A stretch of 64,000 bases of DNA from Desulfurivibrionaceae bacterium (GCA_041675265.1 JBAYUD010000005.1:11222-75221), one strand, 5' to 3'. Shown: positions 9,829 through 20,070, counted from the first letter of the stretch. The notes: generated by a model not told the origin, from the sequence alone. A program made the numbers and translations.

Positions 9829-12273
9829 ATGAATGAAAAGATTCTGGTAGTGGACAACCAGCCGCTGATGCTCCGGCTCATGAGCAATTTCCTCGGCAAG
9901 AAAGGCTATGAGGTGAAAACCGCGCCCGACAGCCTGACAGCCCTCTCCGTGCTCGCTGATTTTGTTCCGGATATCATGTTCGTGGATCTGGTCATGCCCA
10001 ATATCAGCGGCGACAAGTTGTGCCGGATCGTGCGATCCATGCCGGAGTTGAAAAACGTCTGTATCATCATCCTTTCCGCCATCGCCGCGGAAGAAACGCT
10101 CGACTACGCCTCGTTCGGCGCCAATGCCTGTATCGCCAAGGGCCCTTTCCGCGACATCGAACAGCATGTCTCCAACTTGCTCTCCGCCCATAAGAACAAG
10201 GAAGATCTGGGTTTTTCCGGGGTTGCCGGGATTGAAAGCGTGTACCAGCGGGATATCACCAAGGAGCTGTTGAATTCAAGGAAACATTTCGAGGTTGTTC
10301 TGGGCAACATCAGCGAAGGAATCGTCGAGTGCACCGCCGAGGGAAGGGTTGTGTATGTCAACGCCGCCGGGGCGGCCATCCTGGGCGCACGGGAAGAAAA
10401 GATCCTTGCCGCCGATTTTTCCGGTTTTTTTACGGGAAGCACCCGGGAGGAAGTGGAGAGGATTTTTATCGAACTCGGCGAGCACCCCATTGCCCTGGGC
10501 GAGGAGGCCGCGCTGCTGTTGAAGGGGCGGAGAGTTGCCCTGGTCGCGCTGCCCATTGCCGATGGGGAGCAGCGGACGGCCATTGTGATCATCCGGGACA
10601 TCACCGAGCGCAAGGCCGCGGAAGAAAAGCTCGAGGGGTATCGTGACCATCTGGAAAAAATGGTGGTGGCGCGCACGGCGGAGCTTTCCCAGAAAAACGA
10701 GCAGCTCCTCAAGGAAATGCGTGAGCGCCGCGTTGCCGAAGAACGGATGGGGGAGGCCCAGCGGGAGTGGGAGCGGACCTTCGACGCCGTGGATGACATC
10801 GTTACCCTGCAGGATACCTCCTTGCGTCTCACCAGGGTAAACAAGGCGGCCTGTCGTATCCTGAAAAAAACAGCGGCGGAGTTGGTCGGCCGGCATTGTT
10901 ACGAGGTGTTCCTGGGGAGCCCCGATCCCTGTGCGGGATGCGCGGCGTATCTTCTCTCCCACGAGGGCAAGTCACATAGCCAGGAGATTTTTCATCCCGA
11001 GCTGCAAAAGACCTTTTTGCTCACCGCCACCCCGGTCATGGACGACCAGGGAAAGATAAACGGCATCGCCCATTTCGCCAAGGATATCAGCGAACAAAAG
11101 AAGCTGGAGTTCCAGCTTCTGCAGGCCCAGAAGATGGAGGCCATCGGTACCCTGGCAGGCGGCATTGCCCATGATTTCAATAACATCCTGGCCGCGGTCA
11201 TGGGCTACACGGAACTGGCCATGATGGATCTGCAGCAGAACATGCCTGCCTATGCCAAACTGGCGGAGGTGACCAGGGCCGGCAAGCGGGCCAAGGATCT
11301 GGTGGCGCAGATTCTTACCTTCAGCAGGCACAGCGAGGCAAGGCGGGAACCCCTTGAATTGCGGAGCATAGTCAAGGAGGCCATGAAGTTGCTCAGGGCC
11401 TCCTTGCCCAGCACCATGGAGATGAAACAGGAGATAGGCGACCAAGCCTGTTGGGCTTTGGCCGATCCGGTGCAGATCCACCAGGTGCTGATGAATCTCT
11501 GCATCAACGCCTCCCAGGCCATGCGCGGCAAGGGAGGGATCCTCCTCGTCACCCTCGGGCCCGAGGAGATTGATGAGTCCCGCGCTGCCTTGAATCCGGA
11601 CCTGAAGCCCGGAGCTTATGTTCATCTCGGGGTGCGCGATACCGGGCAGGGGATGGAGCAGCATGTGGTGGCGCGGATCTTCGAACCGTTTTTTACCACA
11701 AAACAAACCGGGGAAGGAACCGGGATGGGGCTTGCCGTGGTGCACGGGATCGTGAAAAGCCATCAGGGCGCCATTGAGGTTTCCAGCGTGCCGGGGCAGG
11801 GAACGGTGTTCGATCTCTACTTCCCCCGCATCAAGGAGATAGCGGAGATCAACGGCGCTGGTGGCGATTTGCGATTGTCCGGGGGGACGGAGCGCATCCT
11901 CTTTGTGGATGATGAGCCTGCCTTGGCCGAATTGGGAAAACAGGCGCTTGGGGTTGCGGGATATCGGGTGCGGGCCCATGGCGACAGCCGGGAGGCCTGG
12001 AACGAGTTTGTTGCCGATCCGGAGGGCTTTGACCTGGTCGTCACCGACCTGACCATGCCCGGCATGACCGGCACCCAGCTTGCGGAAAAGATCCTGGCCT
12101 TGCGGCCGGGCATCCCGGTTATCCTGACCACGGGCTACAGCGATATCATGACCCAGGAAGAGGCCTTGGAGCTGGGGGTGCGAGAGTATCTGCTCAAGCC
12201 CATCAGTCCCGTGAGGCTGGCGGAGGTGGTGCGGCGGGTGCTTGATGCCGGTAAACAGCGCGTTGAACAATAG
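9829..12273 (+). CDS. Hybrid sensor histidine kinase (REC-PAS-PAS-HisKA-HATPase-REC)
   Basis: N-terminal REC (ILVVDN..FVDLVMP), PAS segments, AGGIAHDFNNIL H-box, DTGQG, FFTTK, GTGMGL, C-terminal REC. Confidence 0.95.
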   Translation: MNEKILVVDNQPLMLRLMSNFLGKKGYEVKTAPDSLTALSVLADFVPDIMFVDLVMPNISGDKLCRIVRSMPELKNVCIIILSAIAAEETLDYASFGANACIAKGPFRDIEQHVSNLLSAHKNKEDLGFSGVAGIESVYQRDITKELLNSRKHFEVVLGNISEGIVECTAEGRVVYVNAAGAAILGAREEKILAADFSGFFTGSTREEVERIFIELGEHPIALGEEAALLLKGRRVALVALPIADGEQRTAIVIIRDITERKAAEEKLEGYRDHLEKMVVARTAELSQKNEQLLKEMRERRVAEERMGEAQREWERTFDAVDDIVTLQDTSLRLTRVNKAACRILKKTAAELVGRHCYEVFLGSPDPCAGCAAYLLSHEGKSHSQEIFHPELQKTFLLTATPVMDDQGKINGIAHFAKDISEQKKLEFQLLQAQKMEAIGTLAGGIAHDFNNILAAVMGYTELAMMDLQQNMPAYAKLAEVTRAGKRAKDLVAQILTFSRHSEARREPLELRSIVKEAMKLLRASLPSTMEMKQEIGDQACWALADPVQIHQVLMNLCINASQAMRGKGGILLVTLGPEEIDESRAALNPDLKPGAYVHLGVRDTGQGMEQHVVARIFEPFFTTKQTGEGTGMGLAVVHGIVKSHQGAIEVSSVPGQGTVFDLYFPRIKEIAEINGAGGDLRLSGGTERILFVDDEPALAELGKQALGVAGYRVRAHGDSREAWNEFVADPEGFDLVVTDLTMPGMTGTQLAEKILALRPGIPVILTTGYSDIMTQEEALELGVREYLLKPISPVRLAEVVRRVLDAGKQRVEQ

Positions 12274-12351
12274 CAATGCTGGATAAACAGGGCTGGGATG
12301 TGGTCTGAGCCTGCGCCGGAGCAGGCGGGTGAACTCCGGAAGGAGAGCGGT

Positions 12352-12738
12352 ATGGACCTGTTTGAGCGATTGCAGGGGATGAAGGTGTTGCTGGTTGAGG
12401 ATGAACCGTTGATCAGGGATTCCCTGCGACGTTTTTTTGCCAATGAGAATTGCGCGATCATGGCGGTTGAGACAGGGGAGGACGCCCTGGAGATCGTCAA
12501 AGGCAATGGCTGCGACATCATCATCGCCGACTACCGTTTGCCCGGCATGGACGGCCTTGAATTCCTAAAGCGGGCGCAGCGTCTCAATGCCAGGTTCAAG
12601 AAGATCCTGCTCACAGCCTACATGACCGAAGCGGTCATTGCCGAGGCCTTTCGGCTCGGAGTGCATGAATTCATCGAGAAACCGTTTTCCACGGAGGATC
12701 TGGAAGAAGCCCTTGTCAGGATCCTTGAGAAAAGATAA
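12352..12738 (+). CDS. Single-domain response regulator
   Basis: VLLVEDE, IIADYRLPGMDGLEFL, FIEKPF; AGGAG RBS before ATG 12352. Confidence 0.9.
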   Translation: MDLFERLQGMKVLLVEDEPLIRDSLRRFFANENCAIMAVETGEDALEIVKGNGCDIIIADYRLPGMDGLEFLKRAQRLNARFKKILLTAYMTEAVIAEAFRLGVHEFIEKPFSTEDLEEALVRILEKR

Positions 12739-12812
12739 TCGCCAACGCAACGGGGTTGACCCGGTAAAAACTCTGTAAAGTCCAGGGGGGACTTCACTGA
12801 AGGAGGTGTGCC

Positions 12813-13262
12813 ATGAGGGAACTTATTCCAAGGAAAGCGTTCTCGGAACTCAGCACTGTGCGCAACGAAATGGACCGGCTGTGGAACCGGTTTCTGGATG
12901 ATTGGCCATTGCCGACCATGTTCACCAAGGGTTGGGCGCCGATGGCCGACATCTCGGAAACCAAGGACAAGCTGATCGTCAAGGCCGAACTGCCCGGCCT
13001 CGACCCGGAAGACATCAAACTGAGCCTCTCCGGCAACCTGTTGACCATTGAGGGAGAGAAGAAAAAGGAAAAAGAGGAAAAAGACGAGCACCATTATTAT
13101 CTGGAGCGTTACAGCGGGGCGTTTCAACGCTCCTTTCGTCTGCCGGTGGAGGTGCAGGAGGACAAGATTGAGGCCAAGTTCGACAAGGGCGTGCTCACCA
13201 TCACCCTGCCCAAGACGGCAAAAAGCAAAAAAAAGGAAATCAAGATCAACAAGGCGAAGTGA
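12813..13262 (+). CDS. Hsp20/alpha-crystallin small heat-shock protein
   Basis: AELPGLDPEDI, ERYSGAFQRSFRLP, GVLTITLPK; AAGGAGG RBS. Confidence 0.95.
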   Translation: MRELIPRKAFSELSTVRNEMDRLWNRFLDDWPLPTMFTKGWAPMADISETKDKLIVKAELPGLDPEDIKLSLSGNLLTIEGEKKKEKEEKDEHHYYLERYSGAFQRSFRLPVEVQEDKIEAKFDKGVLTITLPKTAKSKKKEIKINKAK

Positions 13263-13306
13263 TAAAGCCCCTCCCCCCTGGGCTTTGCCGGAGTTCTTTT
13301 CTTCGT

Positions 13307-15328
13307 TTATCTTGAGAACAGACCTGTGCCCGAGGCTCCTTCCGGTTGGGCGCCGGTCTGCCGTAATCCCGATGCGTCCTTGAGGTTTGCCCCCTTAAGA
13401 TTGGCGTTGGTCAGGTCAGCCTTGTAGAAATCAACCCCTTCCAGATCGGCATTCTCCAGATTGGCTCCGGTAAGGTTCGCGCCTTTGAGGTTGGCCCCTT
13501 CCAGGTCGGCGTCACGCAGGTTTGCCCCGGAGAGATTGCAGCGCTCAAGGACAGCCTCTTTCAGTTTTTTCCCGGAGAGATCCTGTCCGGCAAGGTTGCA
13601 TTCAACGCAGCGGTTGGATTGCAGGAGTTTTTCCAGGTCGGTAAGCTTGGGGCTTTCCGGCGGTTTCACCTCTTCCGGTATCTTGCTCAAGACCGGAGGA
13701 GGGGGTGGGGTCTGCGGGACTGGCGGAGCCACGGGCTGGACGGCGACGGGTGTGGCGGTCGGCACTGTCTCCGCTGCTGCCTTGGCCGGAGGCGTCACAG
13801 CGGCCGGAGCTGTTGCGACCGGACCGCTGGGAACGGCTGCGGCCAAGGCGACAGGGGGCTCCTCATCCGAGGGTATGGCCGGGGCCGTGCTGGGCGCCGG
13901 GGCAACGGCGACGTCGGCTGTGTCGTTTTCCTGCTCGGGGGTACCCAGCGTCGGCGTTGTTTGCATGGCCTGGAAGGATGGAGCCCACAGGTTTTCCACC
14001 TGGGCGCGATCTCTTTCCAGGGGATTTTTTCTCTTGGAGGGTGGAGGGGTTTTGCTGCGGTACTGGGCGAGGAAGGCATCGATGTCCTCTTTGGTGCCTT
14101 TCTGTCGCTCTTTCTCCATAATCGTTCCGATCAGGTACGCTCCCTCAAGGTCAGCCCCGGTCAGGATTGCCCCGGTGAGGTCGGCTTTGTAGAGATCGGC
14201 TCCGGCGAGATTTGCCCTGGTAAGATTTGCCTGGCTGAGGTTTGCCGTGGCCAGGTCCGCCGTCTTGAGGCTTGCCCCTTCCAGATTGGCTCCGCTCAGG
14301 TTGGCTCCGGCCAGATTCGCCCGATTCAGATTGAGGCCGGTGAGGTCTGCTCCGGCCAGGTTGCAGCCGGGACATGCGTTTTGGGCGACCAGACGTTCCA
14401 CCTCGGAGGTGGCTCCCGAGGGCACGGGCGGTTGAATCGCTGGTTTTTTTGTGACTCGGACCGGTGCGGGCTGCGCCGGAGGCGGTTCTGTCTGGGGCGG
14501 AGATACGGCGTCCACCGCCTGTACCGTCCGCGCCGGTTCCGGCAAGGAAGTTGGCAACTGGTTTTCCGCAATCTCGGGCGTCGTTTCCTTGCGGGGCAGG
14601 GCGGGCAACGATGCCGGGGTGGGAGTCGGTTCGGGAACGGGCTTCGGCAAAGGCATCGATGCCGGAGGGGACGGAACGGGAAGCGTGGGCGCAACCTTGG
14701 CTGCAACCGGAGCAGCAGCGGGAGGGGCCGGTGCTGCTTGCTGTGTCTCGGGCTGGGGAGCAGGTATGGCCGGTTCAGCCTTTTCCGGAAGTGCCGGGGC
14801 GGCGGGCGGTTCCGGCAGGGGCTTTTCCGGCCTTGTCAGGGCATTCTCCGGGGCGGTGTATGCCGAGCCTTCGAGGATTGCCCGCTCATGGTTGCTGCGG
14901 GCGAGGGAGGCGTCCTTGAAGTTGGCCCCCTTGATAAAGGCGCCGGAGAGATCCGCCTTGTAGAGATCAGCCTCTTCCAGGTTGGCGTCGATCAGGTTTG
15001 CCCCGGAGAGGTCAACGGCCTTGAGGTTTGCCCCTTCCAGATCGGCCCCGGCCAGGTTTGCCCTGGAAAGATTGCTCCGCTCCAGGCAGGCGGCGGCAAG
15101 CTTTGCCCGGCGCAGATCCGCGCCGGAAAGATCGCATTCCACGCACCGGTTGGTGGACTTCAGGGTTTCAAGGTCTTTTTCGGTGTAGGCTCCGGCTTGG
15201 CGGGCTGGGGCAGCCAGGCACAGAGAACAGAACAGCAGGGTGGCCGCGGATGTTTTTTTGTTTGAATGTGCCAACGTTTTGTGATCCCCCGGCCATCTTC
15301 CCGATGGCGCAATGTTTGCTTGCTTCAC
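13307..15328 (-). CDS. Exported pentapeptide-repeat protein with three repeat domains and Pro/Ala-rich linkers
   Basis: A(D/N)LxG pentapeptide runs in three blocks; signal-like N-terminus. True start may be TTG near 15275. Confidence 0.85.
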   Translation of the reverse strand: MKQANIAPSGRWPGDHKTLAHSNKKTSAATLLFCSLCLAAPARQAGAYTEKDLETLKSTNRCVECDLSGADLRRAKLAAACLERSNLSRANLAGADLEGANLKAVDLSGANLIDANLEEADLYKADLSGAFIKGANFKDASLARSNHERAILEGSAYTAPENALTRPEKPLPEPPAAPALPEKAEPAIPAPQPETQQAAPAPPAAAPVAAKVAPTLPVPSPPASMPLPKPVPEPTPTPASLPALPRKETTPEIAENQLPTSLPEPARTVQAVDAVSPPQTEPPPAQPAPVRVTKKPAIQPPVPSGATSEVERLVAQNACPGCNLAGADLTGLNLNRANLAGANLSGANLEGASLKTADLATANLSQANLTRANLAGADLYKADLTGAILTGADLEGAYLIGTIMEKERQKGTKEDIDAFLAQYRSKTPPPSKRKNPLERDRAQVENLWAPSFQAMQTTPTLGTPEQENDTADVAVAPAPSTAPAIPSDEEPPVALAAAVPSGPVATAPAAVTPPAKAAAETVPTATPVAVQPVAPPVPQTPPPPPVLSKIPEEVKPPESPKLTDLEKLLQSNRCVECNLAGQDLSGKKLKEAVLERCNLSGANLRDADLEGANLKGANLTGANLENADLEGVDFYKADLTNANLKGANLKDASGLRQTGAQPEGASGTGLFSR

Positions 15329-15652
15329 CAGAAACTGATTACAACCCTGGACCTGACTTTGTCAAGTCAAGATGAGGATTCGCCCTGTCCGAATGGGGAT
15401 ACCCGGCAACGTATTTGTTGTTGGTCGCGTATTTTTTTCCTGATGACCGTGAATTTTTCGAGCAATCGGATGGTAAATTTGTTGAAATCGCAAAAAAAAG
15501 ACGCGATTACAACAGTTATTGCTTGGTAACTCTTTGATTTTATGTTACGGACATGTGGCTTCTCTCCTCTTTTGCAAGTCCGGTGAAAGGGGTAGATAGG
15601 TGTTTCTTTTGATATTTGAAATTTTTCACCAAAACAACGGGTTAGAGATACG

Positions 15653-16543
15653 ATGCTGGTCAGGGACATTCTCGACAACAACAGGTTTTCCTTCAGTTTT
15701 GAATTTTTCCCGCCCAAGGATGAGCCGGGCTGGGAAAATCTTTTTGCCAATATTTCCGATCTGATGCCCCTCAAGCCCGCCTATGTCAGCGTGACATACG
15801 GAGCGGGCGGTTCGACCAGGGATCGCACCCACAAGCTGATCGTCAGGATTCAGCAGGAGACCAATCTTACCGTTGTCTCCCATCTTACCTGTGTCGGCTC
15901 AAACCGGGCGGAAACCGGGGGAATCCTCGGTAACTACGCGGCAAGCGGGGTCAGGAATATTCTCGCCCTGCGCGGCGATCCTCCCAAGGGCCAGAAGGAT
16001 TTTGTTCAGCCCGAGGACGGCTTTGCCTATGCCGCCGATCTGGTCGCTTTTATCAAAAAGAACTTTCCCCAGATGGGCGTGGGTGTCGCCGGTTTTCCCG
16101 AGGGACATCCCGCCACCCCCAACCGTTTGCTTGAGATGGACTATCTCAAGGCCAAGGTTGACGCCGGGGCGGACTATATCGTGACCCAGCTCTTCTTCGA
16201 CAACCGCGATTTTTATGATTTCCGCGACCGTTGCGCCCTGGCCGGGATAACCGTGCCCATCATTGCCGGGCTCATGCCCATCACCACCAAGAGCGGCATG
16301 GTGCGGATGGCCGAGCTTGCCGCCGGGGCCAGGATTCCGGCCGCCTTGTTGCGCGCCCTGGATCGGGGCAGAAGCGATGAGCAGGTGGAAAAGGTCGGGG
16401 TGCATTGGGCCACCGAGCAGGTCCGCGATCTGCTGGACAACGAGGTGCGGGGCATCCATTTTTACACCCTGAATCACTCCCGGCAGGCCCTGGATATCTA
16501 CCAGTCCCTCGGTGTGGAGGATTCCATTCAGCTGGGCGCATGA
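15653..16543 (+). CDS. metF: 5,10-methylenetetrahydrofolate reductase
   Basis: SFEFFPPK, SVTYGAGGST, ALRGDPP, KVDAGADYIVTQLFFDN, IHFYTLN. Confidence 0.96.
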   Translation: MLVRDILDNNRFSFSFEFFPPKDEPGWENLFANISDLMPLKPAYVSVTYGAGGSTRDRTHKLIVRIQQETNLTVVSHLTCVGSNRAETGGILGNYAASGVRNILALRGDPPKGQKDFVQPEDGFAYAADLVAFIKKNFPQMGVGVAGFPEGHPATPNRLLEMDYLKAKVDAGADYIVTQLFFDNRDFYDFRDRCALAGITVPIIAGLMPITTKSGMVRMAELAAGARIPAALLRALDRGRSDEQVEKVGVHWATEQVRDLLDNEVRGIHFYTLNHSRQALDIYQSLGVEDSIQLGA

Positions 16544-16552
16544 CCGGCGGTT

Positions 16553-16780
16553 TCAGCCTTTGTCTTCCGCGGGCCGGGGTGTCCACCATTTGAAGATGCC
16601 GTAAACGGACAGCACCAGATAGACCGAGAAGAGGAACGCCTCGGCCATCATGCCCTTATGGGAAAAGCTGATAATCCAGCCAAGATTGGCGATGGTCCAG
16701 ATCACCCAGCCTGCCGCGCGTTTTTGCAGGTTGTAGAGGGTTCCCAGGATACTGAGCCCGGTGAGAATCCATTCGTACAT
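16553..16780 (-). CDS. Small PnuC-like membrane protein
   Basis: 75 aa, three hydrophobic helices, GWVIWTIANLGW and LSVYGIFKW resemble half of a PnuC transporter. Confidence 0.65.
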   Translation of the reverse strand: MYEWILTGLSILGTLYNLQKRAAGWVIWTIANLGWIISFSHKGMMAEAFLFSVYLVLSVYGIFKWWTPRPAEDKG

Positions 16781-16985
16781 TGACACGTCCTTTGCTGCCG
16801 CCGCACTGCTGTTTTGGCGGTTGTTGTAGGAAAAAGGGAATACGGCTCCCAACTTAAAGCCAAAAAGGGGCCTTAGGCAAGCACCATTCGTGAAAAAGGT
16901 GGGGCCCCATGTTTCGTTCCATTATAAACAACGTAATTTCATAGATATAAAATCCCTCTCGGGGAAAGACGAAAAGGAGCAAGGT

Positions 16986-17414
16986 ATGTCACAGGCCAAA
17001 AAAGGAGATAGCGTCAAGATCCATTACACCGGCACCCTGGCGGATGGGACTGTTTTCGATTCCTCGGCCGGACGGGAGCCCCTGGGGTTTACCCTCGGCG
17101 GCGGCCAGGTAATCGCGGGTTTTGAGGAGGCTGTTCTTGGGATGGCTGTCGGCGATAAGAAAACGGTCACCATTCCCTCGCACAAGGCCTATGGCGAAAA
17201 AAATTTGGAGCTGGTCATCGAGGTGCCTCGGAATCAGGTTCCCCCGGATCTCAATCCGGAGGTCGATCAGAAGCTGCAGATGGGCGGCCCCAACGGCGAA
17301 CTGGTTGTGGTCACCGTTGTGGCGGTTGATGATCAGGTGGTCGTTCTCGACGCCAATCCGCCCCTGGCAGGGAAGGATCTCACCTTTGCCCTGGAATTGG
17401 TGGCGATTTCTTGA
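16986..17414 (+). CDS. FKBP-type peptidyl-prolyl isomerase (short SlyD-like)
   Basis: VKIHYTGTLADGTVFDSS, QVIAGFEEA, DANPPLAGKDLTF; AAGGAG RBS. Confidence 0.92.
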   Translation: MSQAKKGDSVKIHYTGTLADGTVFDSSAGREPLGFTLGGGQVIAGFEEAVLGMAVGDKKTVTIPSHKAYGEKNLELVIEVPRNQVPPDLNPEVDQKLQMGGPNGELVVVTVVAVDDQVVVLDANPPLAGKDLTFALELVAIS

Positions 17415-17440
17415 GCCGGCAAATAAGTGAGTCTGTTGCG

Positions 17441-17475
17441 ATGCCCTGGTAATTTTTTTGCCGGGGCATTTTTTT
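17441..17475 (+). terminator. Intrinsic terminator after the PPIase gene
   Basis: ATGCCCTGGTAA / TTGCCGGGGCAT 12-bp stem (G-U allowed) followed by a T run. Confidence 0.7.
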
Positions 17476-17555
17476 GCGTATGGGCCCGGTTGCCTGTATC
17501 CGGGGCGCAAAAGGGTATGGTATACTCGGCGAGGGAGGCGTTGGGCGCCGGGCAT

Positions 17556-18470
17556 ATGGATAACCAGGATCGGGGTGGCATGCGGAAACTCATTGGTCAA
17601 GGGCGTTTTTTTTTCGTGCGGCATGGGCGCTTGGCCGTCGTGCTGTTTGCGGCCGCTCTGTTGTCCCAGGGGTGCGCCTCGCTGGTGATAACCCCGATGG
17701 TCGGTCCGGTGGTGAAGAATCTCAACCGTCAGGCGGACCTGGAACTGGTCTGTGACGGCGCCCCCTCGTATCTGCTGCTTCTTGACAGCCTGCTGGTTTC
17801 AGATCCCGACAACGCCCGGCTGCTGCTGCATGGCGCCCAGGCCTATACCGCCTACGCGAGCCTCATGTCGGAATGCGGCCGTCCTGAGCGGGCGCCGATT
17901 TTGGCGGAAAGGGCCAAGGAATACGGCCTGCGCCTGCTTGGCACGCACTCTGGGCTTGGTGATGCAAGCCAGGTGCCGCTTGCCGGGTTCAGCGAGGCGT
18001 TGCAGGCGGTCGACTCCGGGGAGGTGGAAAAACTGTTCTGGTCCGGCTACGGCTGGGCCACCTGGATCGGGTCCAGCAAGGGCGCGCCCGCGGCGGTGGC
18101 CGATCTGCCCAAGGTCGAGCAGCTGATGCTGCGGGTATTGGCCCTGGATGAGGGCTTTTACCATGGCGGGGCCCATCTTTTCCTCGGCATCTACTATGGC
18201 TCCCGTCCGGTGATGCTGGGCGGCAAGCCGGAGGTGAGCCGGGATCATTTCGAGAAGGCCCTTGCCCTGGGCGAGCGGCGGTTTCTTCCGGTCCTGGTGG
18301 CCTATGCTGAATATTACGGACGGCAGACCTTTGACCGGGAACTCTATGTCCGGCTCCTTGAAGAGGCGTTGGCTTTTGACCTTGCCCAGGCCCCGAACCT
18401 GACCCTGCCCAATGTCCTGGCCAAGAGGCGGGCTCGAAAACTGCTGGATCAGGTCGATGAATTCTTTTAG
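17556..18470 (+). CDS. TRAP-associated TPR lipoprotein (TatT-like)
   Basis: Lipobox LLSQGC; FYHGGAHLFLGIYYGSRPVMLGG motif; first gene of a TRAP operon. Start ATG 17556 or 17580. Confidence 0.85.
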   Translation: MDNQDRGGMRKLIGQGRFFFVRHGRLAVVLFAAALLSQGCASLVITPMVGPVVKNLNRQADLELVCDGAPSYLLLLDSLLVSDPDNARLLLHGAQAYTAYASLMSECGRPERAPILAERAKEYGLRLLGTHSGLGDASQVPLAGFSEALQAVDSGEVEKLFWSGYGWATWIGSSKGAPAAVADLPKVEQLMLRVLALDEGFYHGGAHLFLGIYYGSRPVMLGGKPEVSRDHFEKALALGERRFLPVLVAYAEYYGRQTFDRELYVRLLEEALAFDLAQAPNLTLPNVLAKRRARKLLDQVDEFF

Positions 18471-18485
18471 GGAGAAAGGAAGGTT

Positions 18486-19523
18486 ATGAATCGTCTGTTT
18501 CGTATGATCTGCTTCGTCATGGCCCTTTTGGCGCTCATGGCCCCGATGACCGCAGAGGCCGCACCCAAGCATCTCTTCAAGATTGCCACCCTTGCTCCGG
18601 AGGGCAGTGTTTGGGCCAGACGGTTTCAGGAGTTTCAAAACGAGGTGACCGCCAAGAGCAATGGCGAGATCGGCTTCAAACTCTACCTGGGCGGGGTGAT
18701 GGGCGATGACCGTGCCATGTACCGCAAGATGCGGATCGGCCAGCTCCAGGGCGGCGGCTTCACCATGACCGGGATCAGCGAGACCGTGCCGGATTTCCGG
18801 ATCATGGCCATCCCCTTTCTCTTCAGATCCTATGCCGAGGTGGACCGGCTGGCGGAGGGGCTGTTTCCGCGCTTCCAAAAGGCCTTTCTGGAAAAGGATC
18901 TGGTGCTGCTGGCCATGACCGAGGTCGGCTTTGTCTACACCATGTCCGGCGAGCCGGTGACCACGGTGGCCCAGTTGCGGGCGAGCAAATGCTGGGCGCC
19001 GGAGAACGATCCGTTGAGCCGCGGCTTTCTTGAGGATGTGGGCGTCACCCCCATCCCCCTTTCCATCCCGGATGTGCTCTCCTCCCTGCAAACCGGCATG
19101 ATCAACACGGTGTTCAACGGGTTTTACGGCTCCATCGTTCTCCAGTGGTTTACCCGGACCAAATACATCACCGATACGCCCTTTGGCTACGCCTATGGCG
19201 GGTTGGTTTTTTCCAAGAACGCCTTTGACAAGCTCTCCCCCCAGCAGGCCGCCCTCATGGAGGCCGCGGCGAAAAAACATTTCGCCGCCCTGTTGATCGA
19301 CACCCGGCGCAGCAATGAAGAGGCCCTTGCCACCCTGAAGAAAAACGGTATCCAGCTGGTTCAGGCGGACAAGGAGACCTTGCACCAGCTGGTGGCGGTG
19401 CGCGATCAAAAAACCGTGCCGCGTCTGGTTGGCAAGGCCTTTTCCAAGGAGATCCACGAGGCGGCAACCCGTCTGCTTGCCGATTTCCGGGCAAAATCCC
19501 CAGGCCAGGCCGGCGCGAAATGA
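18486..19523 (+). CDS. dctP: TRAP transporter substrate-binding protein (DctP/TatP)
   Basis: KIATLAPEGSVW, GGVMGDD, KMRIGQLQGG, SSLQTGMINT. Confidence 0.92.
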   Translation: MNRLFRMICFVMALLALMAPMTAEAAPKHLFKIATLAPEGSVWARRFQEFQNEVTAKSNGEIGFKLYLGGVMGDDRAMYRKMRIGQLQGGGFTMTGISETVPDFRIMAIPFLFRSYAEVDRLAEGLFPRFQKAFLEKDLVLLAMTEVGFVYTMSGEPVTTVAQLRASKCWAPENDPLSRGFLEDVGVTPIPLSIPDVLSSLQTGMINTVFNGFYGSIVLQWFTRTKYITDTPFGYAYGGLVFSKNAFDKLSPQQAALMEAAAKKHFAALLIDTRRSNEEALATLKKNGIQLVQADKETLHQLVAVRDQKTVPRLVGKAFSKEIHEAATRLLADFRAKSPGQAGAK

Positions 19524-20062
19524 GCGATTCCAGGGACTGGCTTTCCGGAAGCATGCAACGGATGGGCCGTTTGCTGGAGCGGCTTGAGGAGGCGGTTCTC
19601 CTGCTGCTTGTCGCGGCGATGATTGCCCTGGCCTGCGTGCAGATCGTGCTGCGCGATGTGTGGGGCGGGGGGCTTTCCTGGGCCGATCCGCTCCTGCGGG
19701 TCATGGTGCTCTGGACAGGGCTTCTCGGGGCCGTGGTGGCCACCAAAATGGACAAGCATATCTCCATTGATCTTGCCTCCCATCTGCTGCCCAAGGGGAT
19801 TTTGCGCTGGCTGCGGGTGGTGCGCCATCTTTTTGCCACGGCTGTCTGTGTGGTGCTTACCTGGGTGGCGGCCGATTTTGTCCTCCAGGAAGCGGGCCAG
19901 GGCAACGGGCAGGTCATGGCCGGGCTTGCCTCCTGGCAGCTTAACCTGATTTTCCCCCTGGCCTTCGGCGGCATCGCCCTGCGTTTTCTGGTCGGCTGCT
20001 GGCAAGGCGTTCGCGGTGCCCTGGCCGGGAAAGACCTCCAATCTTCCGATGAAATGGCCTAG
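19520..20062 (+). CDS. dctQ: TRAP transporter small permease
   Basis: Four TM helices, WADPLLR, HISIDL; ATGA overlap with dctP. Confidence 0.88.
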   Translation: MSDSRDWLSGSMQRMGRLLERLEEAVLLLLVAAMIALACVQIVLRDVWGGGLSWADPLLRVMVLWTGLLGAVVATKMDKHISIDLASHLLPKGILRWLRVVRHLFATAVCVVLTWVAADFVLQEAGQGNGQVMAGLASWQLNLIFPLAFGGIALRFLVGCWQGVRGALAGKDLQSSDEMA

Positions 20063-20070
20063 ATTCTGAT

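Noticed and set aside
15330-15652. SAM riboswitch or SahR site upstream of metF (CCCGGCAAC; ATCGC-N11-GCGAT)
   Set aside because: SAM-I core elements and P1 pairing are absent; the dyad could not be matched to a known motif.
16875-16915. c-di-GMP-I riboswitch-like text GGCAAGCACCATTCGTGAAAAAGGTGGGGC
   Set aside because: Lacks the GNRA tetraloop, GACGCAAAG junction and second hairpin.
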